A stretch of DNA of 64,000 bases from Eledone cirrhosa. Taxonomy: Eukaryota. The notes beneath the pieces are model-generated. The model saw only the letters and a program-made list of their open reading frames with translations. It was not told where the DNA came from and did no database searches. The stretch is taken from contig OZ024742.1 in the NCBI GenBank assembly GCA_964016885.1, positions 287,990,001-288,054,000 on the forward strand. The letters run 5' to 3'. The translations under genes were made by a program, and so were the position numbers. This document shows positions 52,472-64,000 of the stretch, in pieces; the stretch's first letter is position 1; each line of letters opens with the position of its first letter.

Positions 52472-53167
52472 TTATTTATACTGCTTTACTCCAGTATGAA
52501 CATATATGTGAGTAGTTAAATTACCCGATGATGAGAATGATTTACCACAGATTTCACAATGATATGGTTTCTCTCCTGTATGAACACGTTTGTGACCAAT
52601 TAAAGCACTTGCACTAGAGAATGATTTACCACAGATATCACAATGGTATGGCTTCTCTCCTGTATGAATACGCCTGTGAATTCTCATGTGATTACTTGCA
52701 GAGAATGATTTACCACAGATATCACAGTGATAGGGCTTCTCTCCTGTATGAATACGTTTATGAATAGCTAAGTGACTTCTTTGAGAGAATGATACACCAC
52801 AGGGATCGCAGTGATAGGGTTTCTCTCCTGTATGAATACGTTTGTGAATAACTACATCACTTGCTCTAGAGAATGACTGACCACAGATATCACAGGGATA
52901 TGGCTTCTCTCCTGTATGAATACGTTTATGAGTAGTTAGATTACTTTTTTGAGAGAATGACTTTAAACAGACATCACAGTGGTATGGCTTTTCTCCTGTA
53001 TGAATGCGTATGTGTTTTGTTAGGTTGCCTCTTTGAGAAAAAGACTTTTCACAGATATCACAGTCATACGATGATTTTCCAATCACTTTCAACATCTCAT
53101 CAGGAAAATTAATCCCTACAGACTGTGTTTTACATTCAACCTGACCCTCACATAATTCATTTTCCAT
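52472..53167 (-). CDS. Tandem C2H2 zinc-finger protein, 231 aa (7 fingers, acidic leader)
   Basis: 7 canonical fingers with TGEKPY linkers. Confidence 0.93.
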   Translation of the reverse strand: MENELCEGQVECKTQSVGINFPDEMLKVIGKSSYDCDICEKSFSQRGNLTKHIRIHTGEKPYHCDVCLKSFSQKSNLTTHKRIHTGEKPYPCDICGQSFSRASDVVIHKRIHTGEKPYHCDPCGVSFSQRSHLAIHKRIHTGEKPYHCDICGKSFSASNHMRIHRRIHTGEKPYHCDICGKSFSSASALIGHKRVHTGEKPYHCEICGKSFSSSGNLTTHIYVHTGVKQYK

Positions 53168-53498
53168 AATTTTTCTTCTCTCACCACAATATATGTGTTC
53201 ATTTATTTATTTGTTTTGCTTTACTCATAGCCAATATGTCTACTGCTATATTTCCATCAACTGTGATCTGAGTCAATATCTGAAGATGTTTTGATCTCTT
53301 CTGCAAACTTGTCCCAGTTTAATTAGAATGGAAAATTATCTTGTACATATTCTAGACAGTGAAGTAAAGAAATGTTAATAGTCTTAGATGAAATATTTCG
53401 CAGTAATTCTACTGTAGATTTATATAAACAGTGTTATATATTGTATAACATTTTCCTTTAGTCTTTAAAAGATGATGTATCTCAAGTAAATAATTCTG

Positions 53499-53531
53499 TT
53501 ATGCCAATGTCATCTGATATTCTGAAATAAT
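53499..53531 (-). promoter_or_regulatory. Putative acceptor (exon starts at 53521) and uORF MTLA* (53513-53499)
   Basis: Reverse complement: ATTATTTCAG|AATATCAG ATG ACA TTG GCA TAA. Confidence 0.65.
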
Positions 53532-53744
53532 AAAGAAACAGTATAAGATATAGAGGATACTTAAAATGTGGAGATTCAACAGTGGATTTTTTTTTACTAC
53601 ATTTCTATATTGATAAACTGTAGATATAAACATAAAGCAGAACAATTAAACTTTACTTTTTAATTCATTAAAATTAAATAAAACATTATATGAAGTCTAC
53701 ATGTTTATAGATTACAGTTACACCTTCATTATTTCAATAATGTC

Positions 53745-53927
53745 GGTGGATTGGCAGTATCGGTAGAGGGTCGGACGCCATGCTTTGACGTATAGAGTTA
53801 CGGCCCTTGCCATTCTGAGTTCAAATCCCGCCGAGGTTAACTTTGCCTTTCATCCTTACGGGGTCGATAAAATAAAGTACCAGTAATGCACTGGATATTT
53901 GCTGGCCTTGTGCCAAAAGTAGAAACA
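53745..53927 (+). mobile_element. Full-length SINE with 17-bp TSD
   Basis: TSD ATTATTTCAATAATGTC at 53728-53744 and 53928-53944. B box GAGTTCAAATCC. Confidence 0.9.
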
Positions 53928-54817
53928 ATTATTTCAATAATGTCACTTTGACGAATCAAAGAGAGGAAAAAATAAATAAATAAAATAAAAACAGACCCTT
54001 AAATATATTTTCTGTGCTATTTCCAATTTCACCTTTTCTCTCTATATATATATATATACAATTGCACACACACACGTGTGTGTGTGTGTAAAAGGTAAAC
54101 AAAAATAAGAAAACAAATGACAGTACATGGAAGAAATATAATAAATAATTCGGTTTGTTTACAAACAAACCGAGCATTATAATAAATGTTCGGTAAACCG
54201 ATACGTGCATATATATATGTGTGCATGTATGTATATATATATGTAGAAGATCACGCCATCTAACGTCAACTGTGAAGGCAGTCGATTAACTGCCCTTAGT
54301 TCTGACGTCAGTAGCTGAAACAATATTTATTAAACGATGATCTCCTCGAAAAGAATAGACGTGCTATCTCTATGCAGTGATCCAAAGGATGACATCACAC
54401 CATGCGGCAGTATATGACGACTTAAATATATCCCAACCTAGGAGCACTAATGTATTTGAATATATTCTGTAATTGCTCCTATTAAAAAATGTTTTTATAA
54501 TATAAAATTGAGGTATGTTCCTTATTCCTTCTTTGACTATGTGCCAGTAAACAATATCCAATTAGACGGGATGACTGACGACCATCACCCGCCTAAATAT
54601 ACATACTACTGTACGTCTGTATACATATATGTATGTACGTATACATACATACATACTTACATTTAAGAAACTGCCGTACTAAGAGTGAGAAATGAAATTT
54701 AGGTTTCATTCTATTCCATTTATCGTTTTCGGTGCGCCTGGCCGACTAAACTCACTCGATATGCAAATTAGGCTGCTCAGCCGTTAATATGCATAAGGAA
54801 AGTATATACTTTCAGAC

Positions 54818-54904
54818 GTTCAACCATCTGGCAGGAAGGTATACGATGCTGACGATAGCTAATAAGCTTGAAACTAGTACATCGTTCCTGTGCCAGTGTT
54901 GAAC
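54818..54904 (+). ncRNA. Type I hammerhead ribozyme candidate
   Basis: ACGATG-CTGACGA-T-AGCT(AATA)AGCT-T-GAAA-C(TA)G-TA|CATCGT, with an extended helix I. Confidence 0.75.
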
Positions 54905-57078
54905 AAAAAGCTGACGTGGTTGACTAAACACTGTACGGCGTAATTCGGGCTGTTTGTTTGTTTACAAACAAACCGAGCATTATAATAAATGTTCGGTAAA
55001 CCGATACGTGCATATATATATATATGTGTGCATGTATGTATATATATACATACTACTGTACGTCTACATACATACTTACATTTAAGTATCTGCCGTACTA
55101 AGATTGAGAAATGAAATTCCGTTTCATTCTACTCCATTTAGAGAGAGAGTTTCTTTGCTCGACGGCTGAATAATGTGTGCAAGTGTGTGTGTCTGTATGG
55201 GTACGTTAAACTACAAAGTTCTTTCTAGACAACATTCATCTATCTCTAGCGATATTCGTTGTCGTTCAACTCCAGTATAACTGTAATTAAACACCTATGA
55301 TCAAAGACAGGCTGTTCTTAGTGCTGCTACAAACTTCATAACAGAACATTATATTTCTGAAGAAAGAAAATACAGTAAAATAAAAAAAGATTCCATAGAA
55401 ACTACCTGAACATCTAAGTCTATAAAACTGTTTTTTTTTTTTGGGGGGGGGGGGTCTAGTAAAGAAAACGACATCTGTAATTTAGTTTATATTAAAAGTA
55501 TCATATCGAATTTAAACTTCCAATAACAACAGATCAACATTTCATTTCAGCAGTATTATTCTGTAGCTAAAATATCAGAACAAGAAAATATATTCACCTA
55601 ATATTGATATATATTAACATATATAATTACAGTTGCTGAAAAGGACACATTTTTACATGATTATTAGATATTTAAAGCAAACCTTTGTCAACTTACCGTG
55701 TTTAGATATAAACAGCGAGTTGATGTTTTGTGCCTCATAACCAAACAACGAAATAATTATCACGTTGTTAAATCTAAGGTTCTTCTAAAGATTTGGATAA
55801 TTCGACATTAACGTTTCTGTTGTCTTTCCATTGTTAGCCATAGATTCGTATCTTGACAGTACTAATCAGTAAAGCTAACCTTATATCTTTCGCCTCTGTT
55901 TCGTATGCTATTAGATTTTTCGATATTAACCTAGTATTATTGATTATTTTTCTTTTTCCTTGATAGCTTTTAACCCCTTTATTTCCATATTTCTAATGAA
56001 TGACACTGCCTATGATTTCAAAATTATTTTGAAAGCTATCAAGAATTGGTGTATAACTTTTTTATTATTAACAAGCTGCTATTTGAAGCATACCTTAACA
56101 AAGATTCTTATATAAAATTATGATGGAAAATATTAAATAAATATAAACACTTTAAAATAAACAGCTAAGCATCATAGAATCAGGGGCAGTTTGGTATAAA
56201 AAAAAAAAAATAATGCATGTTTAAAAGGAATGGAAATGATTATATAAATATTAACATCAATTCTGCTGAACATTACATTTTGTTGCTGATGACGAAGAAT
56301 TACCAAATACACAACTTTTTAGAATATAAGCTATATTAAGACTTCTCCTAGTCCAATACACCTTTACCCTTACCACCCAAGACATATTTAAACTGATGAG
56401 ATAGAGTTACTTCCCTTTAGCAATCTATTGTTAAACCTTACCATTTCCTTATTATTGTTATATTACTTTGTAAGCTCGTTTACAACTAATTTAGAGGATC
56501 TAATTAAATATAGCTGATTTGTAATTATTTGTGTAATAAAATAAAAACGGCACTCTTTATTATGTTCACCTGAAAATATATATTCGCATTTGCTGTAATA
56601 GATTGGAGTTTACTTGAAGCTGTCATTGTCCATTCTAACTTATGTTCATAATGGACTTGTATTAATATGTAATATGTAAGTATTATTAATGTAATTATCT
56701 ATATTGTTTATGTGGTATTCTATGTACAACTGCTGGTTTTGTACGTATTTATTAAGATAAAGAAACGAATCTAATGAAAATACCGAAGATAAGATATTTT
56801 ACGAAAGTAAGTTTCGTTTTCCTTTCAGATCTCCGTTCCAATTTCTTTTATTCCACACATCTTATCAACACATCTTACTATTAAATCTCTCCATATCCCT
56901 TTAATGGGCTTAGTCATTGGATTATGGTCATGCTGGCTAACTACTTTCAAACGTTTCGTCCATCCAATCAACACAGTACGTTTTTCATCTGGTATTTAGT
57001 TTATTGATTATTATTTGTTGAAACACTAAGTTACGGGACACAAAATATATAAGCACAGTACGCATACACACACACACA

Positions 57079-57145
<67 letters not shown>

Positions 57146-57216
57146 CGAGGAAATTAACACAGGGAAGACAAAACAACGAACGACTTCTGTCTTGACACAT
57201 ACATACACATATATGA

Positions 57217-57470
57217 TAGACCTGTCAACTCTCCCCGTCCGACGGGGAGATCTTCCACCCACTTTGGGGTGAAAATGGGTATAGCTTTCATTATGTAAAA
57301 TCTCCGGGTCGATAAAATAAAGTACCAGTAATACACTGGGTAATTGCTGGCCTTGTGGCAATAGTAGAAACAATTATGTAAAATCTCCCAATTTTGCGTC
57401 ATTTCTCCTCGTTTTGGGACACTTTTTTTCATGGTACTCCCCGTTCTGCCTTTAGAGGTTGGCAGGTTTG
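57217..57470. mobile_element. MITE with a nested truncated SINE (57306-57372)
   Basis: TIR ACCTGTCAAC/GTTGGCAGGT with ATATGA on both flanks. SINE TSD ATTATGTAAAATCTCC at 57290-57305 and 57373-57388. Confidence 0.7.
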
Positions 57471-58624
57471 ATATGAATATATACACACACACACATATAT
57501 ATGTGTGTGTCAAAACAAAAGTCAGAAATGGGTAATAAATTATTTACTTGTTTTACGATCGTTTGAAAGGATTGATTGATCGTGGAAGATCGATGTATCG
57601 ACTAGCATGGTAGTACTTACATCACTACCTGTTTCTAATTTCGAAAGTCCTGTTCCTATATATATACATACATGATAACTGCCATTTCTCCATCTCTCCT
57701 ATGCTGTGCTGAACGGCTATCAGCCCGTGAATGATTCTGCAAACCTTTTTACAGATGCGACACACGTAAGACCCTCGGATAGTTTTGAATGTAGCATGCT
57801 CCTTATGCATTCTCATGGGCTGCTTGAGTCCACCAGCAGACCTACTGGTCAACCCCACGCTATAGTAGAATACACTTGCCCAAGGTGCCAAGCAATGGGA
57901 TTGAATCCTTAACCAAGTAATTCACAACACAGCCATGTCTGTTTTCCATAAACTTTGTCCACCTCTTTCTTGTTCTATATTTCAATATTTCTAGTCAAGT
58001 GACTTTTCTCTAATACACTTTGTGTTAACATTTAATTATCTCCTATATTTTACTGTCTCTTTATATTTCAGTTTATCTGGTACCATTGCGGTGACAATTT
58101 CTCACAACACGCAGCAACTGATTTATAAAGATTATGAAAAAAAAAACGAAGAACCCCATTATAAAGAAGACATATGACAAATGTTATCTAATTTAACAGA
58201 ATAGTTTCCAAGTTGATTGGAAATCTATTTTCTGGGTGGTTCTTTATGATGATTGAACTCCAGAAATTTAATAGAATTCTTGACCAGCACCTTATCTATC
58301 TGTATATATATTTTGAGTCCTGGAGCAAATACAGTCATGTTTCAGTTGATTAAAATGAATTACAAAATTAAAATCTGGATGGATACATCTGTCCTCAAAC
58401 ATATTTGAAACACATTTATCTATAGTTGAGATACTTCTACATATATTTTAACATCTTCATTTTTTTTATTGTCAGAGAAAATAAACTGTATTATCAGCAG
58501 TAAGTTTTGATCTGATGGCCTTGTGCTCAGTAGTCTAGCCTGTTAACCACAATGTCACTTTGCTTTATACATTCATAAATTGACTTCAAAAAAAGAATAT
58601 ATTTTCTGAACAACAAATGACATT

Positions 58625-59761
58625 ATGGAGGAAAGACCATATGAGAATCAGGTTTATCAAGAAACACAATGTCAGAATAATGAATTTCCTCCCCAAATTG
58701 TGGAAGATGTAGATAAGAAACCATACCACTGTGACATCAACACAAAGACATTTACAGAAACACAATATCAGTATAATGAATTTCCTCACCAAACTGTGGA
58801 AGATGTAGACAAGAAACCATACCACTGTGACATCAATACAAAGACATTTACAAACAGAAAAGACATCAGTGAAGACAAACCACATCACACAAGTTCAAAT
58901 GTTTACCAATGTGGTATCTGTGGTAAAATATTTTCTGAAAATTACAATTTAGAACGTCATATACGTATTCACACAGGCGAAAAACCATATCATTGTGATA
59001 TCTGTGGCAAATCATTTTCTGAAAATTACAACTTAGAACGTCATATACGTACACACACAGGTGAAAAACCATACAATTGTGCTACCTGTGGTAAATCATT
59101 TTCTCATAGTTATCACCTAACTAGTCACATACGTACTCATACAGGTGAGAAACCATATCACTGTGATGTCTGTGGGAAATCATTTTCTGTAAATGGTGAT
59201 TTAACTTTTCACAAACGTACTCACACAGGTGAGAAACCATACCACTGTGATGTTTGCGGGAAATCATTTTCTCGGAATGGACATTTAACTAGTCATATAC
59301 GTATTCACACGGGTGAGAAACCATACCACTGTGATATCTGTGGTAAAACATTCTCTCATAACTGTGATTTGACAGTTCACAAACGCAGTCACACAGGTGA
59401 GAAACCATACTGCTGTGACTTCTGTGGTAAAACATTCCCTCGTAAAGATAGCTTAACTGTTCACAAACGTACTCATACAGGTGAGAAACCATATCACTGT
59501 GATATCTGTGGTAAATCATTTTCTGTGAATGAACATTTGACTCGTCATTTACGGATTCACACAGGTGACAAACCATACCACTGTGATATCTGCAGTAAAA
59601 CATTTACCTGTAATGGCACCTTAACTGTTCACCAACGCATTCATACAGGTGAGAAACCATACCATTGTGATATCTGTGGTATAACATTCTCTCGTAATTC
59701 TGAATTAAATGTTCACATGCATAGTCATACAGGTGAGAAACCATATCATTGTGAGATCTAA
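58625..59761 (+). CDS. Tandem C2H2 zinc-finger protein, 378 aa (10 fingers, duplicated N-terminal segment)
   Basis: 10 canonical fingers and two CDIN half-fingers. Possible acceptor TTATATTTCAG near 58071. Confidence 0.93.
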   Translation: MEERPYENQVYQETQCQNNEFPPQIVEDVDKKPYHCDINTKTFTETQYQYNEFPHQTVEDVDKKPYHCDINTKTFTNRKDISEDKPHHTSSNVYQCGICGKIFSENYNLERHIRIHTGEKPYHCDICGKSFSENYNLERHIRTHTGEKPYNCATCGKSFSHSYHLTSHIRTHTGEKPYHCDVCGKSFSVNGDLTFHKRTHTGEKPYHCDVCGKSFSRNGHLTSHIRIHTGEKPYHCDICGKTFSHNCDLTVHKRSHTGEKPYCCDFCGKTFPRKDSLTVHKRTHTGEKPYHCDICGKSFSVNEHLTRHLRIHTGDKPYHCDICSKTFTCNGTLTVHQRIHTGEKPYHCDICGITFSRNSELNVHMHSHTGEKPYHCEI

Positions 59762-60069
59762 AGTCAAACATTTCCTCATAATCATGTATTGACTGTTCAC
59801 AATCATACTTACACAGATAAGGAACCAAATTATTATAACTTGCTTAGTAAAACATTCTCTCATAATTGTGTCTTGACTATTCATAGATGCCTTTGTAGAA
59901 GTGGAAAATGATACTAATGTGAGTTTCGGAATGCTCATTTAACTTATATACATATTCACACATTAAATAGACCAAACTATTGTGATCATTATCACCATTT
60001 AATATCCATTTTTCCATGCTAGCATGGGTTGTGATATCTATTGTAAAACAACTTAGAATTCTGACTTAA

Positions 60070-60278
60070 CCCTTTAGCATTTACATTATTCAATATTTAC
60101 TATTGTATTTTCATGGTAAAGGCTTTATCTCACATAATATCGAATCTGTGAGATTTTGATATTGTTTATTTTGAGAACAATACTTTGAGAACATCAGTAT
60201 GAGTGGCCAGCTACAGCCGGTTTGAACAGAAAGAGGAGAGAATTCTGGCTGGATATGACCAGTTTAAATGCTAAAGGG
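60070..60278. mobile_element. piggyBac-type MITE
   Basis: TTAA|CCCTTTAGCATTTA...TAAATGCTAAAGGG|TTAA: perfect 14-bp TIR with TTAA TSD. Confidence 0.88.
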
Positions 60279-61521
60279 TTAATTAATAAAAAATACACTT
60301 AAATACAAATTTCATTGAAAAATATTATCTCAAGCCACAATGTGTTTACCTGTTGGGTCTGTACTATACTGGAATTTATGGTAAATGTTGGGAAAGTAGA
60401 TGAAGGTAGTTTTTATAGTTTTATTGTGAAGGTGACAAATTGGCAGAGTCATTTGGATGTCGGATTAAATGTCTTGATATTTGATTCAGCTCACTGTGCT
60501 TTGGGTTTAAATCCCAGGTCAACTTTGCCTTTCATCCTTTCAGCGTCAGTAAATGAAGTACCAGTTAAGGATTGACAAGATTGTTAGAGTCAGATGGGAT
60601 GCTTTAGAATATCTGATCCAGCTCTGTGCATTCTGAATTCAAATCCTTCCTCCTTCTGCTAGGAATTGCAAATGGCAGATAGTTTCAACAATGGAAAGAC
60701 CAATGAAAGCCTATTTTTTTTTCATCTGATCTTAGTATCGGCTCCTTTCATTTCCTTTTTTATTTGGATATATTAACATCGTTTTGAAATGTTTTCCCAT
60801 ATTTGATGGAAAATTTTTCCAGTAAAGACTCTATAATATTTAACACTCCTGATTCACTTCAAAACTTTATCATATGACACCTTGTTAGTCAAAGAAGAAG
60901 AGGGTATGCCCTTAACTTTTACAAGATCTCCCAGATTAATGAGGTATGATACCATAACACAGATGTTACTGCTAACAACTACTCCAGACCCTGTACAGAG
61001 CCCAGTTGAAAATAAATGTATAATTTTGATAAAATAAAAGGAAATATAGTAAATGATTTTAAGATAGTATTAAATGACATTTATTACGTGTATATATATC
61101 AAACAATAAATATTGACTGCTGGCAACAAAGGGTTTCTTAGAGTGAAAGGTAAATTGTATGATGCTTGTGTATGAACAGTGATGTTGCATAGTTGTGAGA
61201 CATGAACCATGAATACAGAGAATTTGCAACATTTTGAAAGGAATGTAGTAAGTATGCTCCACTGGTTGTGTAACATTAGGGTGCATGAATTGAGTGAAAA
61301 GCTGGAAATAAGAAAGATCAAATGCAGGAGAGATGACTGTGCTGGTACAGACGTAATGTGCATGAAAGATGCTGAACACTTTAAATAGACGATAGCTGTA
61401 AATGAGGGAGACCAAAGAAGACATAGAACAAAAGAGATGACTGAGTATGTGATAATTGGTGAAGTTCTGTGTGTGAAGACCAGTTTAACAACGCAAACAT
61501 AGTGAAATGATAGTTAAAATT

Positions 61522-61884
61522 CTCTCGGATCCCGAATAATAGGCAGGCTGGTTGGAACATCGATAATTTTTCTAGGTTGTCTCCCTCAATTTTTTTTAAA
61601 ACCAGAATTAGTTGTTTAGGTCACGTATTGAGATCCCAAACCATCTTATTTATTTTATAACGTATGGGATTTCTAGTAATGTTCTTTTTTTGTCCTGTAT
61701 AATATTTTTTAATCTCTAAAAAAAAATTGTCACAGGAATACTACTTAAAATAAAATTTCGCCGGAGATAGATTAGCAAAATTTAATAAGGATGGGTGGGT
61801 GTTGGAATAAGAGCATGAGTGGGATGGAAAAATCTGAAAAATTAATTAGTGGATGGAGAGGTACGATTATTCGAGACCTGAGAG
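61522..61884. mobile_element. Tc1/mariner-pogo-like MITE
   Basis: CTCTCGGATCCCGAATAAT...ATTATTCGAGACCTGAGAG|TA imperfect TIRs. A related end lies near 38835-38858. Confidence 0.55.
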
Positions 61885-62477
61885 TAAACGATGATGGAAA
61901 TGGACACTGAATCTGTTGGGTCTCTAAATCTACCTCCATCTACTATCCTATTCGCAACAGGAAAAATATCTGCTTCATATTCAATTATGCATATCTCACA
62001 TAATCATCATCATCCCACTGAGGTTAACTTTGTCTTTCATCCTGACGGTGTCGATAAAATAAAGTACCAGTAATGTAATGGCATAATTGCTGGCCTTGTG
62101 CCAAAAGTAGAAACAATTATCATTACCTTCAGGCCTACTCACTGCTGGTTGATCTTCAGGGGAGATAACTCGTCAACAGCGTCACGTGCCTTTCTTCCTC
62201 TAGCAACATCTACACATGTGGCTTGGTTATTTTCTTGTACTACCAACTAATCTTCACCCCATAGATGCTGTAAAGGACATTTCCTCTACCAGAAAAGAGA
62301 GGAGGAAGGGAGGGACCCTTGGACATGCTCCTCCATTGGAGTTTTCTTTACCCACTAACCTTTCCATTTTCCATGGAAAAAGGTTCTTTGCAGCATATTC
62401 GGAAGTAAGACTAGTTGGTAGCACACAGAAAAAAAAACGAAGGAAAAAGAAATGGCAAAGAAAACTCACAAAGAAGT

Positions 62478-62950
62478 GAGCATCCATGGTACTTTTACCT
62501 GGCACAAATCTGAACTGCATCTTAGCTAGGTTAATTCGATCCCTAATCAGTTCTACAATGACTCTTTCTGTAAACTTTCATGACCTGGTCCATCAATTTG
62601 ATGCCTCAGTAGTTTCCTCTGTCTAGTGCATCACCTTTGACCTTGTAGCAATTCATGATGATACTGCTACATCGGTAATTGGATATAGCACCATTTTGTA
62701 TTACTTGATTTACAATATGGGTGGTTATGGTGTGGCCTACCATCCCAGATGCTTTCAGCATCTCAGCAACTATTCCCGATGGCCTGGGTGCTTTGCTTTG
62801 TCTTCATATCCTTAACTGCCTTATATACTACACTGCCACTGACTTGTAAAGCTGGTGCCTCTGTTGGTTCTACTTGGGGCAGGCTATCTTCCTCCCACAC
62901 AGTCTCCTTCTTCACCAGTCATAATGACAGCTGCAAGATATATTCCAGTT
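62478..62950 (-). pseudogene. RTE-like RT remnant
   Basis: KAPRPSGIVAEMLK, YKVKGDALDRGNY*GIKLMD, MQFRFVPGKSTMDA. Further RTE scraps at ~29400-29595, 51355-51575 and 61110-61430. Confidence 0.75.
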
Positions 62951-63725
62951 ATACTACAAGATATATCAGTAAACAGTAACTACAAGATATATTGCTATTC
63001 CTTGAATCAAATCTGTCCTCTATTTTCTTTTTTTATCTTCTATCTTCCATTCTATGTTTGGGTTCAACGTAATCCTGTCATATAATTCTGCAAATAACAC
63101 CTGATGATGCATCATAATCAAATGATAGGACTTGGCCATCGAAATATGTATAGTGCTTTCGCAGAATTAAAATGTCCAGTCAGGCCTTCTGTTGTTGTTT
63201 TAATGAATACTTAACTCTTTTCCTACACTAGCCATGGGATACCACCGTTGAGTGTTTTAATTAATTCATTGCACCATCATCTACCAACCCGAACCACCAG
63301 TTCTACCCATTGGTAAATAGCCTAACATAAATGGCAACATATATATATATATATATAATATACATATATCAGCTCCAAAGTAGGACCTTATTACAAGAAC
63401 ATCCTAACCTTATATGATCCAGACAAACCAGAAACAATATTCTCCAAGTTAAACCATGTCATGGAAGTCTTTAAGTTTAAGTTTTTATTCAACAAGATAT
63501 AAGGGTAGCAAGGATAATAAGAGATTTATAAACACAGTCAATTAAAGATTAACATTTATTATAGCAATCAACTCCACTTTATTGGAGTTTATAACTAATT
63601 CTTGTTCCACTGTAGGACAAATTCTGCAGAGCAGTGGCTCTCAAGTTGTGTAGCAGTGGATGGCTGAATAAATATGTACATGTGTAATTTAGTGACTGTT
63701 TGCAGAGAATGATTTACCACAGATG

Positions 63726-63998
<273 letters not shown>

Positions 63999-64000
63999 TG

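Noticed and set aside
58586-59938. Antisense ORFs over the ZNF gene
   Set aside because: Shadow frames of repetitive ZNF codons

Overview
AT-rich, microsatellite-laden eukaryotic DNA, most likely coleoid cephalopod (octopus-like). That assignment is an inference from the dense tandem C2H2 zinc-finger cluster and the SINE/RTE/Penelope repeat mix. Bases 1-20 kb are a transposon stack: a decayed Penelope-like element (Naiad type), an apparently intact R4/Dong LINE (1130-aa RT plus restriction-like endonuclease) at (TAA)n, a head-to-tail Helitron array, and LINE/SINE remnants. Bases 20-64 kb hold seven C2H2-ZNF loci (5 intact ORFs, 1 pseudogene, 1 cut by the window edge) arranged as three convergent pairs, one produced by a recent large inverted duplication. 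Most notable observations: (i) a well-formed hammerhead ribozyme candidate at 54818-54904 plus several degenerate ones; (ii) a 4-codon uORF (M-T-x-x-stop) 8 nt after a shared splice acceptor in five ZNF paralogues; (iii) a shared acidic N-terminal leader that could be a lineage-specific effector motif; (iv) recognition-helix-biased divergence between the duplicated ZNFs; (v) recurrent TG-dinucleotide slippage that trims finger arrays; (vi) a twin-priming inversion in a non-L1 LINE. All calls were made by eye without searches, and element boundaries are approximate unless a TSD or TIR is cited. Most short ORFs in the track are microsatellite artefacts.
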